Origin: Nemertoderma westbladi
Taxonomy: Eukaryota > Animalia > Xenacoelomorpha
Assembly: GCA_032718475.1 (NCBI GenBank)
Contig: JAUCBJ010008710.1
Span: 1-64,000 of the forward strand
Reading direction: 5' to 3'
Length of the DNA: 64,000 bases
Shown here: positions 36,907 to 51,487 of the stretch, piece by piece
How the letters are laid out: each line of letters begins with the position of its first letter
How positions within the stretch are numbered: the first letter of the stretch is position 1
The notes under the pieces: model-generated
Database searches by the model: none
What the model was told of the DNA's origin: nothing
What the model saw: the letters and a program-made list of their open reading frames with translations, nothing else
Translations under genes and position numbers: made by a program

Positions 36907-38719
36907 TGTGGCTCGTTCCACACTAAAAATGACATTAAAAAATCGGAATAGTTATTGTTATCGAGAAATATTAATATCTCGATCTCGACTGACCTTGTTC
37001 GGTAAATCGAACGTAACAGCGAAGCAGGCAAAGATACATGAAATCGGATGTCGAAATTTGACTATCACATTGATGGAACCTCAGTAAAATTTAGTTACAT
37101 TAGAGAGCATTCTACCTAATATTACAATAATACAAAAAATAAAATGATTTACTATAACTTTATCATTTTAATTAAACATTAATTATTATTCAATAATCGT
37201 TCAATCGTTAAATAAAATTAAATTTAACTTTACATAGTTAAATAAGTCGGCCTCCTCTATTTATCAAACACATTTTCGGTAATGTTTGCCTTTTTGAAGG
37301 CACGTGTTTCGTCACGGTCTCTTTGATTATCCACACTTTGAGACTGATGAAATGCAGTAAGCAAAAGCACTGATCTATTTTGTTTATAAATTACTGTAAA
37401 ACCGAGAGAAAGCCGCCCCAATATTAGATTATAACAACAACATTTCCATTGGGTAAGAAGGTGGAGGAGAGCCAGCCCGACTTTTAATTTTTTAGTTTAT
37501 ATTACGCGATCAATTTTCACTCGTCATGAACCCAACATGTATGAACCCCTTGTTAAATTTGTTGGCTATGCGTTTGCTTCTGTTTGGGCGGGCGTGTGGT
37601 ACACTTTTCACACTGAAACATTTTGGTTGTGAAATGTTACACCAATCAGAGATTTTTCATTCATATTTTAGTATGGGAGGAAGAAGAACATAGAACGTTA
37701 TTTACTATATATGTAACAAAATAATTGTTTTCGGGTTTAACTTGGAAGCCTCCCCAAATAGTTGATATACAATTATATTTAAAATTATTTCCATGGTCAT
37801 GGTCATTCACCCGTCTTTAGTTAGAATTTTGTTTGCATGAAAGACAGTTTAAGTTATAAATTACTGATTATTATTATCTCTTATCTTACTGGAGTAATAA
37901 TATAGGATAGGATAAATGGAAGCAAAGTGTGACAGTAACAAATATTTCCCCTTCCCCCAAATATCCACTGTTGAATTAATTTGAAGCGATATAATAAGTA
38001 CAAAATTGTGTGAGTTTTTAATTGTGTGGTACATTTGTTAATTGATCTCTATTTAATGTTTAAAGTGCATTTAATGTCCCACCTGTTCTTTTTTGCCACT
38101 TTTCGTGACTATATTTCATACAGATGTTAAGAATGCAGTTAGAAAACACAGAAAGCAATGTATTGAACTACTTGACCTTATTGAACTATTTTACCTTTTT
38201 GCAAATATTTTGCACTTTTGAACAGTTATTTGTACAAGTGCACTTTAGCGGATCCTAATGGTGGTTCTAATTTAACACACTTATGTTTATCCTCTACCGA
38301 TCTACGATTGTGTATGATCAAGTGTCAGTCGCTAAAAGTGTCAAAAATCAAATTTAATAAATCTCGACATTTGTGATTTTGGACCATATTCATGGACATT
38401 TTAAGTCACTTTATAGACCTAAAAATATAAACAACTGTTAAGATTATAGTTAGAAATCACTCCAAACTACATTTTAATCCAAATAATAACATTCTACGAT
38501 AAATAGAACTGGAAATAATAGATTTTAAATATAGAAAAAATGTCCAATTTTTAAGTGCATTTTGCACTAAGTGCACTTGCCTCTTTTACCAAGTTGTATC
38601 CTATTTCACACACTACAATCTATCCTCTATCCAATGAAAAAAGTTTCAGATTAAACGGCCCATTAGAACCGAAGTTATTGATGTTTAAAAATAGTCACTT
38701 GAAAATTTCAAATTCTCTT

Positions 38720-38793
38720 GGTCACGTAGTCTAGTGGTTATCAATCACGTTAATGAAACCTAAGTTCGCGGGTTCGAAACCCAATATTGACCA
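38720..38793 (+). pseudogene. tRNA-like relic / SINE head
   Basis: 74 nt; A box TAGTCTAGTGG, B box GGTTCGAAACCC, partial acceptor stem GGTCA/TGACC; anticodon stem does not pair. Confidence 0.5.
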
Positions 38794-40116
38794 TTCTTAA
38801 TTTTTTGCAAAAAAAATTATTTTTATTTTTTCACTAAAATCGCTCTAACTTCGGTTCTGGTGGTCCAAATCCAACAAAATTTGTATTTCTTTGCTGTAAT
38901 TTATTTTTCTATCTTTTGAGAGGGGGACATTTTTGGCCCCAAAAAAAATAAAAAAAAAAAGGGCCAAAATTACGCGATATTTTTTGACCCTTAAAATTCG
39001 TAATTTTAATTATAAATGTTAAGAAAATAGATAGCGGAGGTAATTTGCTAAATTTTAAATGTACTTTTGGCGCAATACGCTAAATTATCATAGAGTAGCG
39101 ATTTATTAAAAAAACAAATTTTTTTGTCCCTTTTTTTAAATATTTTATTTCACACGATCGTCTGCCGCACCAGTTGTATAAAAGCTAATGCGCTGTAACT
39201 AACGCTGTTAAATAGATAATTTAACGCACTATAAGTCTGTGTAAACAAATCTCCCGTAAGTTAAGTAGTTTTCGAGCTAGACGCGGGAAATCGTTTTTTA
39301 TTTTTGATTGATTGATTTTGATTGATTGATTTTTATTTAAATCGCGAAATTTTATTTTTGGCCCTCATTTTTTTAATGCAATCCGCGGAGCAAAACCGAT
39401 AGCATATTTGAATTCCCCGTATCGATATTGACCGTATAAAATGTACCTTAACCAACTAAAGTGAAAAATAAAAAATTATTTGATAAAAACTATTTTTCAT
39501 ATTCTGGCCCTCTTTGGCCCCTATTGTCGACATATTTGTTGTACCCCCACTCGATAGGAACGTAGCCCCAATGGTCTTCTACGAGTTTCAAAAAAGAATT
39601 AGTGGATTCCTACCCGCGTTGTCGAATTAAACATTTCGGAAATAAAATTTCGAAAAAAGACGGACAAATACGTACAAATTTACGGCCCCTTTTTCCACCC
39701 GAATTTTTAATAAATATCTTACCCCCATTCGATACGAAGGTAGTACCACTCTTCGATAAATAGTAGCCGAGTTGTTACGGATCCCGCAAAGTCATTTTGT
39801 CCGTTTTTTCAACTTTGACGGACAATAGACGGAAAACAAGCCCGGAGGCGGGGTATTCCAAGAAGTGGAAACGTCTAATTTAGACCCCCTCTTTCGATTC
39901 TCGGTGTCTCTGGATGCGTCAAATCAAATAGAGGTTTTTTAAGAGTCCTAGTGAAAAAAAAAGACAAAAAACCAGACAATTGTCCGTCATGTCCGTCAAA
40001 AAGGAATCTTATTTTTTTGGCATTACGCGTCCCCCCTCGAAAAATCAAGGAAATTGTACCTCAGGAAATAGGTCGAATGGGGGGGGGGGGACACCGTTTT
40101 CGCAGTAACTACGCGT

Positions 40117-40303
40117 CCAGTATGTAGACTGCGTCCTTTGGAGGGGCGGCGAATTCACCTCACTCAATGCCGCCCTTACTGAATGTTTTAAAAAAATGTT
40201 TCTTCCCACCCAGTATGTAGACTGCGTCCTTTGGAAGGGCGGCGAATTCACCTCACTCAACGCCGCCATTACTGAATGTTTTAAAAAAATGTTTCTTCCC
40301 ACC
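40117..40303. repeat. 93-bp tandem duplication
   Basis: CCAGTATGTAGACTGCGTCCTTTGGA...TTCTTCCCACC occurs twice, with few differences. Confidence 0.92.
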
Positions 40304-42079
40304 AAGGAATGTAAGAAATTCCGAATACGAGCGATTTCTTTATTGCGGGAAATTTTGAATTTCTATAGAATACTATTAGTGCACTCTTACTCTGGTTAAC
40401 CGCCGCGTCTGGTGCTGTGCCGTGTGGTCTGGGCCTCATTTCTATTGTAATATGTTATAGAAGCGAAATCTTTGATCTGAAATCCTACTGTTTGATCAAT
40501 TACAATTAATATATAAATCTGTAACTCATTTATTGCTTTAACTGTGAGCTAAACCATTATGGTAAGGCAGCATGTACTAATTATTAGAAGACCGTTAGGA
40601 CTTCTTACTGGTTAATGGTATTCTCTATCAATATTTATTTATGCATATTAGGCTCCTCGGAAACAATAGCTCGTCCGTCAATGAAAGGTATATCAATCGA
40701 CGCAGCTCAACCCCAGGATGTGGAAAAAAGTTTCTAAAAAAATTATTAAAGTGACTTTTTTTTATTTCGCCATAACACGAAAATTGCCATAGACTTAATG
40801 ATAGAAATACCAGCTGGTGCGGATACGCCCAAACTACAGAGAAGTATTTTACTTGCCAAGTTTTAGTAAGGTTGTGTTTACTCACTCACACTATCACAGA
40901 CAGTAATCAAAATCAACTGTTTATAATGTATTACCCCGTCAGCTGAATATTTCTTCCCAGTGAATCCTATATGAATATCTATAATGTTACTCACTGCTTG
41001 AATGATTATAAGCACAGGGCCGTTAATTAATTAATAGGGCTGCATTCAAATGGGTCAGGCCCACCTAATAATGCCCCTAAGCCAACTCTATGAATTCCAT
41101 TGCCACAGCAGTCAATGAATATCTATAAATTTAATTTCGCGACAAAATAATATTAAAAAAAAAAACGAAATATATCGAATACCACACATAGAATCGACCT
41201 GAAATTTTGTAACGCGATTATGAACCACCAAAGCAATGTACTTGCAAAATTTAACCAAAAAAGCTAGGCAGGAAATGTTCGAAACTGCAATTCCGGTATA
41301 TGTACTGTATGATAGCATTGGATAGCATATGGATGGATATATCCCTCACTGACAATTTTTTCTGACAGTAACTACTAGAGACGGGTCTAGCGGCCGTGAA
41401 GCAAGTCGTAGGAGACAGTACGAGTCAGGTAAAAGCTTTTTGTACTGTCTGATAATCAATTAGTGTGAGGGTAGTCCCGGTGGTGTACGAAAAATTTTCT
41501 AGACAACTTCAAACTAAAATTATTATGTTGTAATCATCTAATGAATTAATTATATAAGCTGTTGTGATTATAGAAGATAGAGAGCAGTTAGCGAAATGAT
41601 TATTTTAGCGCAATAATTTTTATTGTCCGTTTAAATCCTTTTTTTGTCCTTTTTTTTTATTTTTTATGTCCTCCAAAAGTCTAATGTTAGGTTCCATGCT
41701 ACCGGTTTCTCTACTGCTGTTCTCTCAGGCTATCAGTACCGGTATTAGTATATATAGCACTATTTTGCTGTATTGTATGTACAGATGTAGGTATAAAGCA
41801 GGTATTTCTGTATTTTAGTACCGGTACCGGCACCGGTACTGCTATAGGCCTACTGTGTAGCCTACCATTTAAATACGGTAATGGTAGGCCTACCGGTTGT
41901 GCTAATAAATTTTAAATAATTGATAGGCCAAACTGGATTGCAGGATTGTGGAAAATGTGGATATACCTTTCACATAATTTAGGCCTTACTGTATTAGTTT
42001 TATAATCAATAATGGATCATGACTACTGTCTGAGTAGTGTTACGGATAGCGGCACCACTACTTCCAACAGCACAGAAGG

Positions 42080-42735
42080 CCCGCCTCTGTAACCTGCCCC
42101 TTTCCCTCAATTAGTTAAATGATCGTTTATTGTTTTGGTTAGATAATCCCGCCTCTGTAACCTGCTCCTTTCCCTCAATTGGTAATGTTATCGTTTATTG
42201 TTTTGGTTAGAAAATCCCGCCTCTGTAACCTGCTCCTTTCTCTCAATTGGTAATGTTATCGTTTATTGTTTTGGTTAGAAAATCCCGTCTCTGTAACCTG
42301 CTCCTTTCCCTCAATTAGTTAAATGATCGTTTATTGTTTTGGTTAGAAAATCCCGCCTCTGTAACCTGCCCCTTTCCCTCAATTAGTTAAATGATCGTTT
42401 ATTGTTTTGGTTAGAAAATTCCGCCTCTGTAACCTGTCCCTTTCCCTCAATTAGTTAAATGATCGTTTATTGTTTTGGTTAGAAAATCCCGCCTCTGTAA
42501 CCTGCTCCTTTCCCTCAATAAGTTAAGTGATCGTTTATTGTTTTGGTTAGAAAATCCCGCCTCTGTAACCTGCTCCTTTCCCTCAATTAGTTAAGTGATC
42601 GTTTATTGTTTTGGTTAGAAAATCCCGTCTCTGTAAACCTGCTCCTTTCCCTGATTTGGTAAAGTGACTGTTTATTGTTTTGGTTAGAAAACTCGGCATT
42701 AACCTGCTCCTTTCCATCAATTGGTAATTGTTTTT
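42080..42735. repeat. ~68-bp minisatellite (9-10 units)
   Basis: CCCGCCTCTGTAACCTGCTCCTTTCCCTCAATTAGTTAAATGATCGTTTATTGTTTTGGTTAGAAAAT repeated. Confidence 0.95.
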
Positions 42736-43439
42736 GGCTATAAAATGAGTGTTTTGCTACGTCATGTGGTAATCGATTATCGACAACAACCACAAACTAT
42801 TAAATATAGAGTCTTTTTACCACAGGCGCATATGGAAATCTATCTCATAGTCTATAAATCATGGAATCATGGAATGTTTTGGCACAGGCATAGTGAAATC
42901 AACTGTCTGACAGTCCAGAAATCAGCAGTCTGACAGTTTGAAGAAATACATACATAAAAAGTCATTAAAAGGACAATAAAAGTCATTAAAAGGACAACAA
43001 AAGTCATTATGCATAATTCGTAAAAAAAAAATGACAAAAAAAGTCAAATAAAAGGACATAAAAAATCACTGCCTTATTTTAATGAGGTACTGTAGTTCCG
43101 TGTCTGCACCGAAAATACGTACAGTAGATAACTAATTAAATAAATAATGTCTGTCGCAGGGGGGGGGGGGGGGGGGGGGGGGGGCTGGTATCTGTGTATT
43201 ATTTAACATGAAAATATAAAAATATTTAAAAAATTAGCACCACATTATAGATTTTACAGTATACGTAAATGTCATTTGGGGGGGGGGGGGGATCTAACTA
43301 TACCGACTAAGGTAAATCTGCACCAAATCAGTATGCGCAGTATCCACTAACGACCAACCAGAGTCGAATTTGTTAACGTATTGTGTGTTTAGTGTGGGTG
43401 TGTCATTTTTAGGTGTACGTGTTCGCTTAACTTCCTATG

Positions 43440-46400
43440 GGCCCAATCCTTGCAGGTCTCCTTCAGGCCACCACAGAAATCATAGGCTATCTCAATCCCT
43501 TGTTAATGCTTTAACTTGTAGAAACATTCCTGCAATGTTGGAGGCGAAGGCGATATAATATTGCCGTGGTCGTAATAATATTCCCAACAAAGATTGGAGT
43601 AAGTTGGGTCCCGGCAACAGTTCTGAGTTTAGGGATTGTCCCATATAAAGGGCGGAGCCGTCGAATACTACCCGGACTTTGTTTGATTTACCGGGCTTAG
43701 GAACGTAATGATGTGTCAAGTAATACATTCTTTCCGTTATGGGTGTTTCCTCCGGCACTCACTCCACTTATCATTTGTCGATGAATTACTTTAGTTGCGT
43801 CTTATACATCTCTTTGGCTCGATCGTTAGATGATAAGCGCCAATGCAATTGTGTGATTCTCTTTTCAGCTAAAGGTCTGTTATTAACGAAGCTGGGTTTG
43901 CTTCGCCTAAAAGGCAGACCAATCTCGTAACGACCCTCCTCCTTTATATAGCATGTAGTTGTCACCTGGATTTGTTTAGCTCTCTCTTCCTCAACAGATA
44001 ACGCTTTGACGTAGGAATTAGGCTCTACAGCTACTTGAGTAAAGAAACGCACTGCATGTTCATCACGTATCTTATCATTATATCGCTCTACCACCTCATT
44101 GAGTTCGTCGTCATAAGTTGATATTCCTTTATTTTGACATATGATATTACACAAATTTACTTGGTCTGTCCACGTTTGATTCTCTGTGAGGAGTTCAATG
44201 GTATTATCCTTGTTGTACAGTGTTTGTATATCGTCATTGTCTGAGGAGCATGAAGTTTCCTCAGCTAGGATGTCCTCGTCTTTCACTCTCCCTTACCTGG
44301 TGGACTTGCCTACCTTTCAACCTCTCTTGCAAAGTCCTGTGGGAAGGTCCCACGAAATACCAACCTACTCTCGTTCTTCCCGCATAAGTTTGCAATGGTA
44401 GCGGTCGAGCATGCCGTTTATCAATAGTTCCGAGCGCTTTGTGCGCGTTCTGACCGAGCAGTATCTGTACCCCTGGGTAATCTGTTCTGAATCTAGGAAC
44501 GTTGTATTGCTGGATAAAATGGTCTTCATCCCAGTTGTAAGGCTCTACTTGGCTAGTAGCAAAGTTCTTTATTGCCACCATTTTAACTGATCTTACACTG
44601 TGCTCGCCTAGTTCATCTTGGGGAGTGGACAACGATCCTATGTAGAAATCCGTGGATACAGTAGATTTCCAAACCTGCATAATCCCGGAAAGGTTCAGTT
44701 TGGTTCGGAACCTTTGTTGACCAGCAAAGATATCTTCGGCCAGTTCTTTATCGATGAAGGTGCCTGTACTACCGGAATCAAGGAGGGCCTTCACTATAAG
44801 GCTCTTACCTTGTCCATGTACTCCAAGTTGCACCACTGGAAACTCTCTGATGCCAACAAATAGTGGCGATACCTTCCATGAAAGCTGTCGATCCGGAATG
44901 GATGGTTGGGGTTCCTCTCCATCCGTCGCCGCCTCATAAGTAAGGGCTCGGTATACGGCTGTGTTGATCATATAACAAGATTCATTTTCATAAGAAAACT
45001 CATCCGTATAGAATCCTTCCATCTCCGAACTATGGTCAGTGTCGTTCACATCACTGAACTGTACATGCAGTTCGGGTTCACTTACCTTGTCAAACTCAGT
45101 GTGCAGTACAATATGATGTTTCGCTCCACACTTAGCACACCTCACGTCTCAGTAACAGGTTCTCCTTTGATGTCCTCTCCTGAGCCAATTGTAACATAAC
45201 CTTTTATCCCAAGTGACACTGCGTCTGTCCTTCAATTCTTTCTTCAAGAAATCCTCTCACCCTCTCAAGCGATGTGGCCCTTCGCACAATAAACACTTAG
45301 GTTTGATGTTACTTACCTTAGCTTGCATTGTAGTTTGTACGCTAGCTCTTTCTTTAGGCTTCCTACCAGGAATTATCTTGGGAGACGTAGGGGGAATTTT
45401 TAACTGTTCTCCCTTGCCACTAGTTTGCACCTTGGGTTTACTTACGTCCTTACCTTTACTCGTGTAGTAAGATCTTTGCCACTATCTTTGTCATAAGACG
45501 TTTGACTCTCATAATCGGTATAACACACTGGTGTTACCTTTCTCCTAGTAATGGGTTTTTCACTTACCTTGGTTTCCAGAGTCTTCTTTCTAGACTGTTT
45601 TATTAGCTGTAATCTTACCTCTCCGTTTAAGAATGACATAAGGTCCGCCATGGTTGGATCTCTCTGTTGTTGGTCCATCAAGTAGAAAACCTTTTTGTCC
45701 TAGCAAGTACCTACTCCGCCCTTTGGCAAAGTTGATGCTACGGCTCCTACAACCATAGAACTCTGCTATTCATGAGACTTACCCAACCAGTCTAACTGTC
45801 TACAGATCTCCTGAATCTAATCGGAAAACTCTATTACCCCGCTGCTAAGAAACTTTCTGGGTGCCACTAATTTTGCATACAGATATCTAGCTAAGTTAGT
45901 CCTATTATCATACCTGATGTTAAGTGTATCCCAAACTTGTCTCAATCCGTCCGGATGTCCAATAAACTTTAACACCATTAACTTGGGAGGTCCTTCCAAG
46001 TACTCAATGAGGAATCGTAGTTTCTCTTCTCTGGATAGTACAGAGTTTTGTATGTTATCTTTGTAATATTCATTAAAAGGTAACCATTTCATCTCATCTC
46101 CATTAATCTTGACGACCTCTCCCACTTTTACAGCTTTACGGGCTTCCGTCCTAGCCATCTGACGTGTTAAACTTTCTTGAGCCATTGTACTATTTAATAT
46201 CAAAGTATCGGTATATAACTTTCTTGGATTATTATCAGATTAGTATGGGATATCATTATCGACAGATTTATTATTATTAATACTATTAATAGGGTTTACT
46301 ATAGGAGTTTCTACTTCACTAGCATTATAGATGCATGTAGGCTCCACACATTGCGCATGAGATACTTCAGGCCTAGAGGGTTGACACATTGTTACAGGGG

Positions 46401-46630
46401 GTGGTGGTATACCCATTTGTATATTGACTAATTTATTGCGTTTGAGAGCAATGTGTTGCTGTACTTCTTGCAACTCTATTTCACTATCTCGTACTGTTCC
46501 CTTTAACAATTGAACAGTGCCTTCCAAGTTGAGGAGCGAGCCTTGGTTTTTTCCAATTGCCCAAGCAGCTCCTCCATCTCCTGTCGCCCTTCCTCCATCC
46601 ACTCGGCTGTGGGTGCAGGTGCGGGAATTT
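43440..46630 (-). pseudogene. Degenerate BEL/Pao family B gag-protease-5' RT fragment
   Basis: 45817-46602 is homologous to 63100-63900 (MAQESLTRQMARTEAR); CAKCGAKHHIVLH knuckle, LLDSGST protease, THHYV...VRVVFDGSA...SLNSELLPGPNL RT start; many stops and frameshifts. Confidence 0.9.
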
Positions 46631-46661
46631 TCTAATTTTGCTAATGCAAGTAACCCCTACT

Positions 46662-48484
46662 TGTATACAGAGAAGACTAGCTACAGTTTTCTCATTACTG
46701 TGCTAGCTTCCTACCAGACAGTTTTCTGGCTCTGCAACAATACCCTACGTATGTACTATGGGCTGTGCGGTACAGTAGTCTATTTTGTGTGGCCTACACG
46801 GTCTATCCTACTGCGCCCACATCCCCCCATCTTCCCTCACGTGGCGCCCTCAGTGCCCACAGGTTTACGGTACTGTGTACCCTTCTGCTACGGTATGCGT
46901 ACATACCCCCCAATTCCTCACATGGCGCCCTCAGTGCCCACAAGTTTTACGGTACTGTGTACCCTTCTACTACGGTATGCGTACATAACCCCCAATTCCT
47001 CACGTGGCACCCTCAGTGCCCACAAGTTTTACGGTACTGTGAACCCTTCTACTTTGGTATGCGTACCTGTACATACCCCCCAATTTCTCACGTGGCGCCC
47101 TCAGTGCCCACAAGTTAACGTATATAAATTAGGTACGTTGGTACATTATTGTACACGTCCAACGTATGTAATGTAATTGTAACTACCTACTTTATATATT
47201 ATGTAAGTTGGTACGTCTGTACCCATCAGACCTACATAATATCTATTATCTACCTAGAGTATACCTTGGTACTAACTACTTATTTTATTATTTTACTTAT
47301 TTTATTTTTATTTTATGTGTGGGAAGGGTGTCTCGCCCTCATTCCCACCCCCCTCAGTCCAATATATTGGACAACTCAACTCTAAGGCGACCCTTCCAAT
47401 AGGCAACACTATCCTACCGCCCTCCTGTCCTCCTATCTTTGGCCCCTATCTTTCCTCCGATCCTCACTTCCACGGATCTAATTCTTCCATCCTTGTCTGG
47501 GTAGGTTTCTACTACACTAGCTAATCTCCACTGGTTATTGATAATCGTGTCATCCGTGACGATTATCAAGTCACCCCTCTTTAGCTCCCTTTGACTGTTC
47601 CTCCATTTACTCCTTTTATGTAGGGTTGGAAGGTACTCTTGCATCCAACTTGTCCAATGGTCTGCGCTTATCGCCTTAGCGGCATTCCAGCGACACGAAT
47701 ATATATTGTCTGGATCCATTCTTCGCATGTCTATCGTCGCTGGTCTCTCCATGAGTAGGTGTGCTGGTGTTAGGACGTCCAGTGATTCTGGGTCGTCATT
47801 CTCGGGATACAGTGGTCAGCTGTTAATAATCCCCTCGCCTTTTGCAAACCCTGTCCTCAGTACGTCCTCTGTGACCATATGATTATTCATCAGCTTGGTC
47901 ATTAGTCGTTTGGAGCTTCCCACAAGTCGCTCTACACATCCTAGTGTATGTGGCGCGTATGGGGTTCTCCTTTCCCACCTTATTAGGTGTTTCCTCATCG
48001 CCGCCCTGACATCTCCTCCCTCCAGGATGTCAAGGGCCTCCATTAACTCGTTCTCCGCGCCGTTGTCTGAGTAGAATACCTCAACTGTTCCTCCCTTGCG
48101 GGTTACAAACCTCTCAAGTACATTAATAAATGCCGACGCCATAGCATCCTGGGCTAGTTCTATCCCCACCGCCCTCATATTATTGCAGACGAAGATAATG
48201 CTGTAGCATTTCTCCGTATATCACCTTTATCTTGATGGGCCCAAACATGTCCACGCCGCAGTGTGTGAACAGTGGGTCATGATGCCTCACCCTGTTGGCC
48301 GGTAATGGCGCCATCTCCTGTACGGCCCTCTCCTTCTTCGTCCGTCGGCAAGTCTGGCACTGCCCCACTACCGCCTTCACCCTCTCTTGAGTTGGATTAC
48401 CCAGGATGTCTTCCGGATTTCGGTCAGGGTTTGGTTAGTACCCCCATGTAATATAGATTTATGGAAATCCAATATGATCTGGTG
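46662..48484 (-). mobile_element. BEL/Pao family D fragment: integrase plus putative 3' LTR (~46662-47408)
   Basis: HKSILHGG..CQTC, GVDMFGP, YSDNG, WMQEYLPTL; purine-rich tract GGAGGACAGGAGGCGGTAGGATAG followed by TGTTGCC at 47408. The lower LTR boundary is a guess. Confidence 0.75.
46815..47115. repeat. ~82-bp tandem repeat (about 4 units) within the putative family D LTR
   Basis: CCTCACGTGGCGCCCTCAGTGCCCACAAGTTTTACGGTACTGTG... repeated. Confidence 0.9.
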
Positions 48485-51400
48485 TGTGCGAAATCCAGGC
48501 CGGTTCTGTAAAAACTGTTCTTTTTCATTGTTTTAAAATCTTTCTTACTTAATAACAATAATAAACTGATTAGCATTTAGGTAAATATGATAATTATAGT
48601 TCAGTACATAATAATTAACGGTATAAGGCACCAGATCACAGTACCGGTAAGTATAACACAGACAGACACAGTCTGTGTATGTAAATGACTGAAAGCCAGA
48701 ACAAGGCAACGACACGTCCTTCTTTAGTTGGATAGTAACAATAATATAATCAGGCAGTCAGCCATATGTATAGAAAAAATATGTGGTACTAAAATATTAC
48801 TTCAATCCTAAATACAGTATAAAAATTATCTGTAATTTAGGACATACTCCCGCCACCGAACAAATAAACGCTTCTAGCTAAATAATTAGGCTCTATAAAA
48901 ATTAATATTTTCAAATTATATATATATATAGCCTTTGTCGAAATAACATGCAAAACAAAATGAACCATATAATGTAACAAAATAATATTTGGTTATAAAA
49001 TATTTCTCAACGGGATAATCAATCATATACTACTTTCACTCTCAGACTCAGATTCATTGCATATCGTAGTGATTCGTTGTTGGGCTTCAGTAGCCGCCTG
49101 GCGTTGTGGACGCTCTGATCTTACTGGGGGCTCTGGTTGAACGAGAGTGCCGGTAGTTGTTTGATCAAGGGGGCCGAGTTCAATATTGTCCGTTTCTAGA
49201 GGATACAACTTCCGTAAAGGGCGTACTAGTGTTCCTAACTGTGTACATAGGATGACAGATCGTACCCATCCATCCTTACCGGGGTGTAAGGTGATCACAC
49301 GACCAAGGGACCATTTAGAACGTGGTAAATGCGGATTATGTATTTGTACTATGTCATTTAAACGGATTTGTGTGGTTGGAAATGGGTTGTCCCATCGATG
49401 GTACTCGCGCAATGCAGTGAGATATTCGTGGGACCAGCGATTTTGAAACGCTTGCAATAAGTTTTGTATGTACAATTGACGGCGATTCAGTGTCGAATGT
49501 GGTACAAAGTCTGGATCATCGAGATCATCTCACTCGATAATTCGATTTGGCAATGTGGTAATACGATGCCCAACCATTAATGTCGAGGGTGTAATGGGAT
49601 TGAGGTCATCAATGTTAGAAGACACGTAGGTCAGTGGCCGGTCATTTAAAATAGCTTCAATTTCAATAACGACAGTCTGGAGCTCCTCCAATGAAATCAA
49701 GGCACGTCCCAATATCTTTTTCAAAATATCCTTTACCATTTTGATTAATCTTTCCCAGAAGCCTCCATACCAAGGACTAGCTGGTGGGATCGTCTTCCAA
49801 ATAGTCCTCTGATTAAGTAGGTAATCACGTACACCTGGATCATCCTGTATAGCTTTTATAATATCATTTGCAGCAGTGAAGTTAGTTGCATTATCGCTTA
49901 GTATCAAAGAAGGAGTAGAACGTCGCCCAATAAAACGTCGAAATGCAAAAAGGAAAGATTCCACACTGGCATATTTTGCTATTTCCAGATGTACAGCGCG
50001 TGAAGTCGCACAAGTAAACAAGATAATATAAACTTTAACTTGTTCATTACAATCTATTACAATGAGTCTACCAGTATAGTCTACACCAGTAGTTTCAAAT
50101 GGTCTCGTTTTATTAACTCTAAAGCTAGGTAATGGAGGTGGAGGAGGTGTTGAGTATGGGAGACCTCTGAGACGTTTGCAAGTAATACATTTACGACATA
50201 TGGATTTAACGATTTGTCGAATTCTAGGGATCCACCAATTCTGTCTAAGGTAAGTGACAGTGTCGCCAATACCGGAATGACAAATACGTTCATGGGCGTA
50301 TGAAATCAGTAGTCGGGTAAATACATGGTCAGGATAAAGTAGGATAGGTTGCTGAGTATTCCATGGTAGATCGGAATATTGTATTCTTCCAGCACATCGG
50401 ATAATACCATCTACTAGAATCAAACGTAACTGTTTTATTATAGCAGGAGAGCGGGACTTGCTCTTATCATTCAAAAGACAACGATATACATCAGGATAAC
50501 AAGTTTGTTGTATGTATTTAATTAAATACAACTCGGCAGTTTTAATATCATTGGAATTTATAGTATCTCTGACATTATCATTTACTATTTGACTATGTTC
50601 ATTAATGGACTTGCGCAAATTTACTCTATATTTGAGTTTGCGAATAAATATAAATACATATGCTGTCACTCGAAGTAGTTTATCATAATTGCTGAATTTG
50701 GAAATGTCTATCAGTTGCTCTGGAACAAATAATATGGATTCAACTGTTGGACACAATGTATTTATTTGTGGTTGATTAATATAATTGTAGTTAACATGAG
50801 ATTGTTTAGGCCAATCAGATGACGTTAGCCAATTGGGACCATGTCGCCATAAATCGGATTTCAGAAGTATCTTCGCCTTTATTCCCCTGGATAACATATC
50901 TGAGGGATTGTCATTCGTTGAAACGTATCGAAAGTCTGCATTTGGTAGAATGCTATGTATCTCTTCAACTCGACGACGAACATAAGGATTAATAATGCCT
51001 TTAGATTTGACCCAATGTAATGCGATTTGGCTGTCAGACCACACCCACAGACGACAATTTGGTAGTTGATGAGATAGTGTATCAGCAACATAACGAATGA
51101 GCCGAGCACCAACTGTTAATGCGGTCAACTCGAGTTGAGGAAGTGATAATTTAGTCTTCTTCTTCTTTTGAGGAGATTCTGATGTTAGAGGTAGTAAGGG
51201 TGCGACTCGTCCCTTAGCCATCACTAACTCGGATTGTTCCGATTGAACTGCATAAACGACCGCACCATAAGCTTTAATGGAAGCATCACAAAACACATGT
51301 AATTTGGAACTGAGTCCTAAAGGTAGTCGTCGAGGTACTTCGAATGAAACTACAAGATTGAAGTCATTAATAATGGATTCCCATTCCTTCATAAATTCAT

Positions 51401-51487
51401 CAGGAATGGGTTCCTTCCATGACAATCCACGTTGCCACAACTGTTGGAGGAACATACGTGATCGGATGGTTACTGGAAATAACCATC
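48485..51487 (-). mobile_element. BEL/Pao family E, 3' half (RNase H-integrase, PPT, ~360-bp 3' LTR at ~48485-48844)
   Basis: PPT GGTGGCGGGAGTA abuts TGTCCTAAAT at 48844; the LTR interrupts the family D integrase; pol is cut at 51487 by a family B LTR. Confidence 0.85.
49023..51455 (-). CDS. Family E pol: RNase H plus integrase (641 aa plus C-terminus after one in-frame TGA at 49530)
   Basis: LHVFCDAS, NPSDMLSRG, HERICH..CITC, GVDYTG, LSDNATNF, WERLIKMVK, WSHEYLTAL. Confidence 0.88.

Noticed and set aside
37340-37372. Hammerhead-like CTGATGA followed by a short stem
   Set aside because: No GAAA after the stem and no stems I/III identified.
42080-42735. CRISPR-like array
   Set aside because: Units are contiguous tandem copies with no unique spacers; eukaryotic context and no cas genes.
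35300-43400. Host gene exons in the AT-rich middle region
   Set aside because: No ORF with recognisable protein features; the sequence looks like decayed DNA-transposon subtermini. Small exons cannot be excluded by eye.
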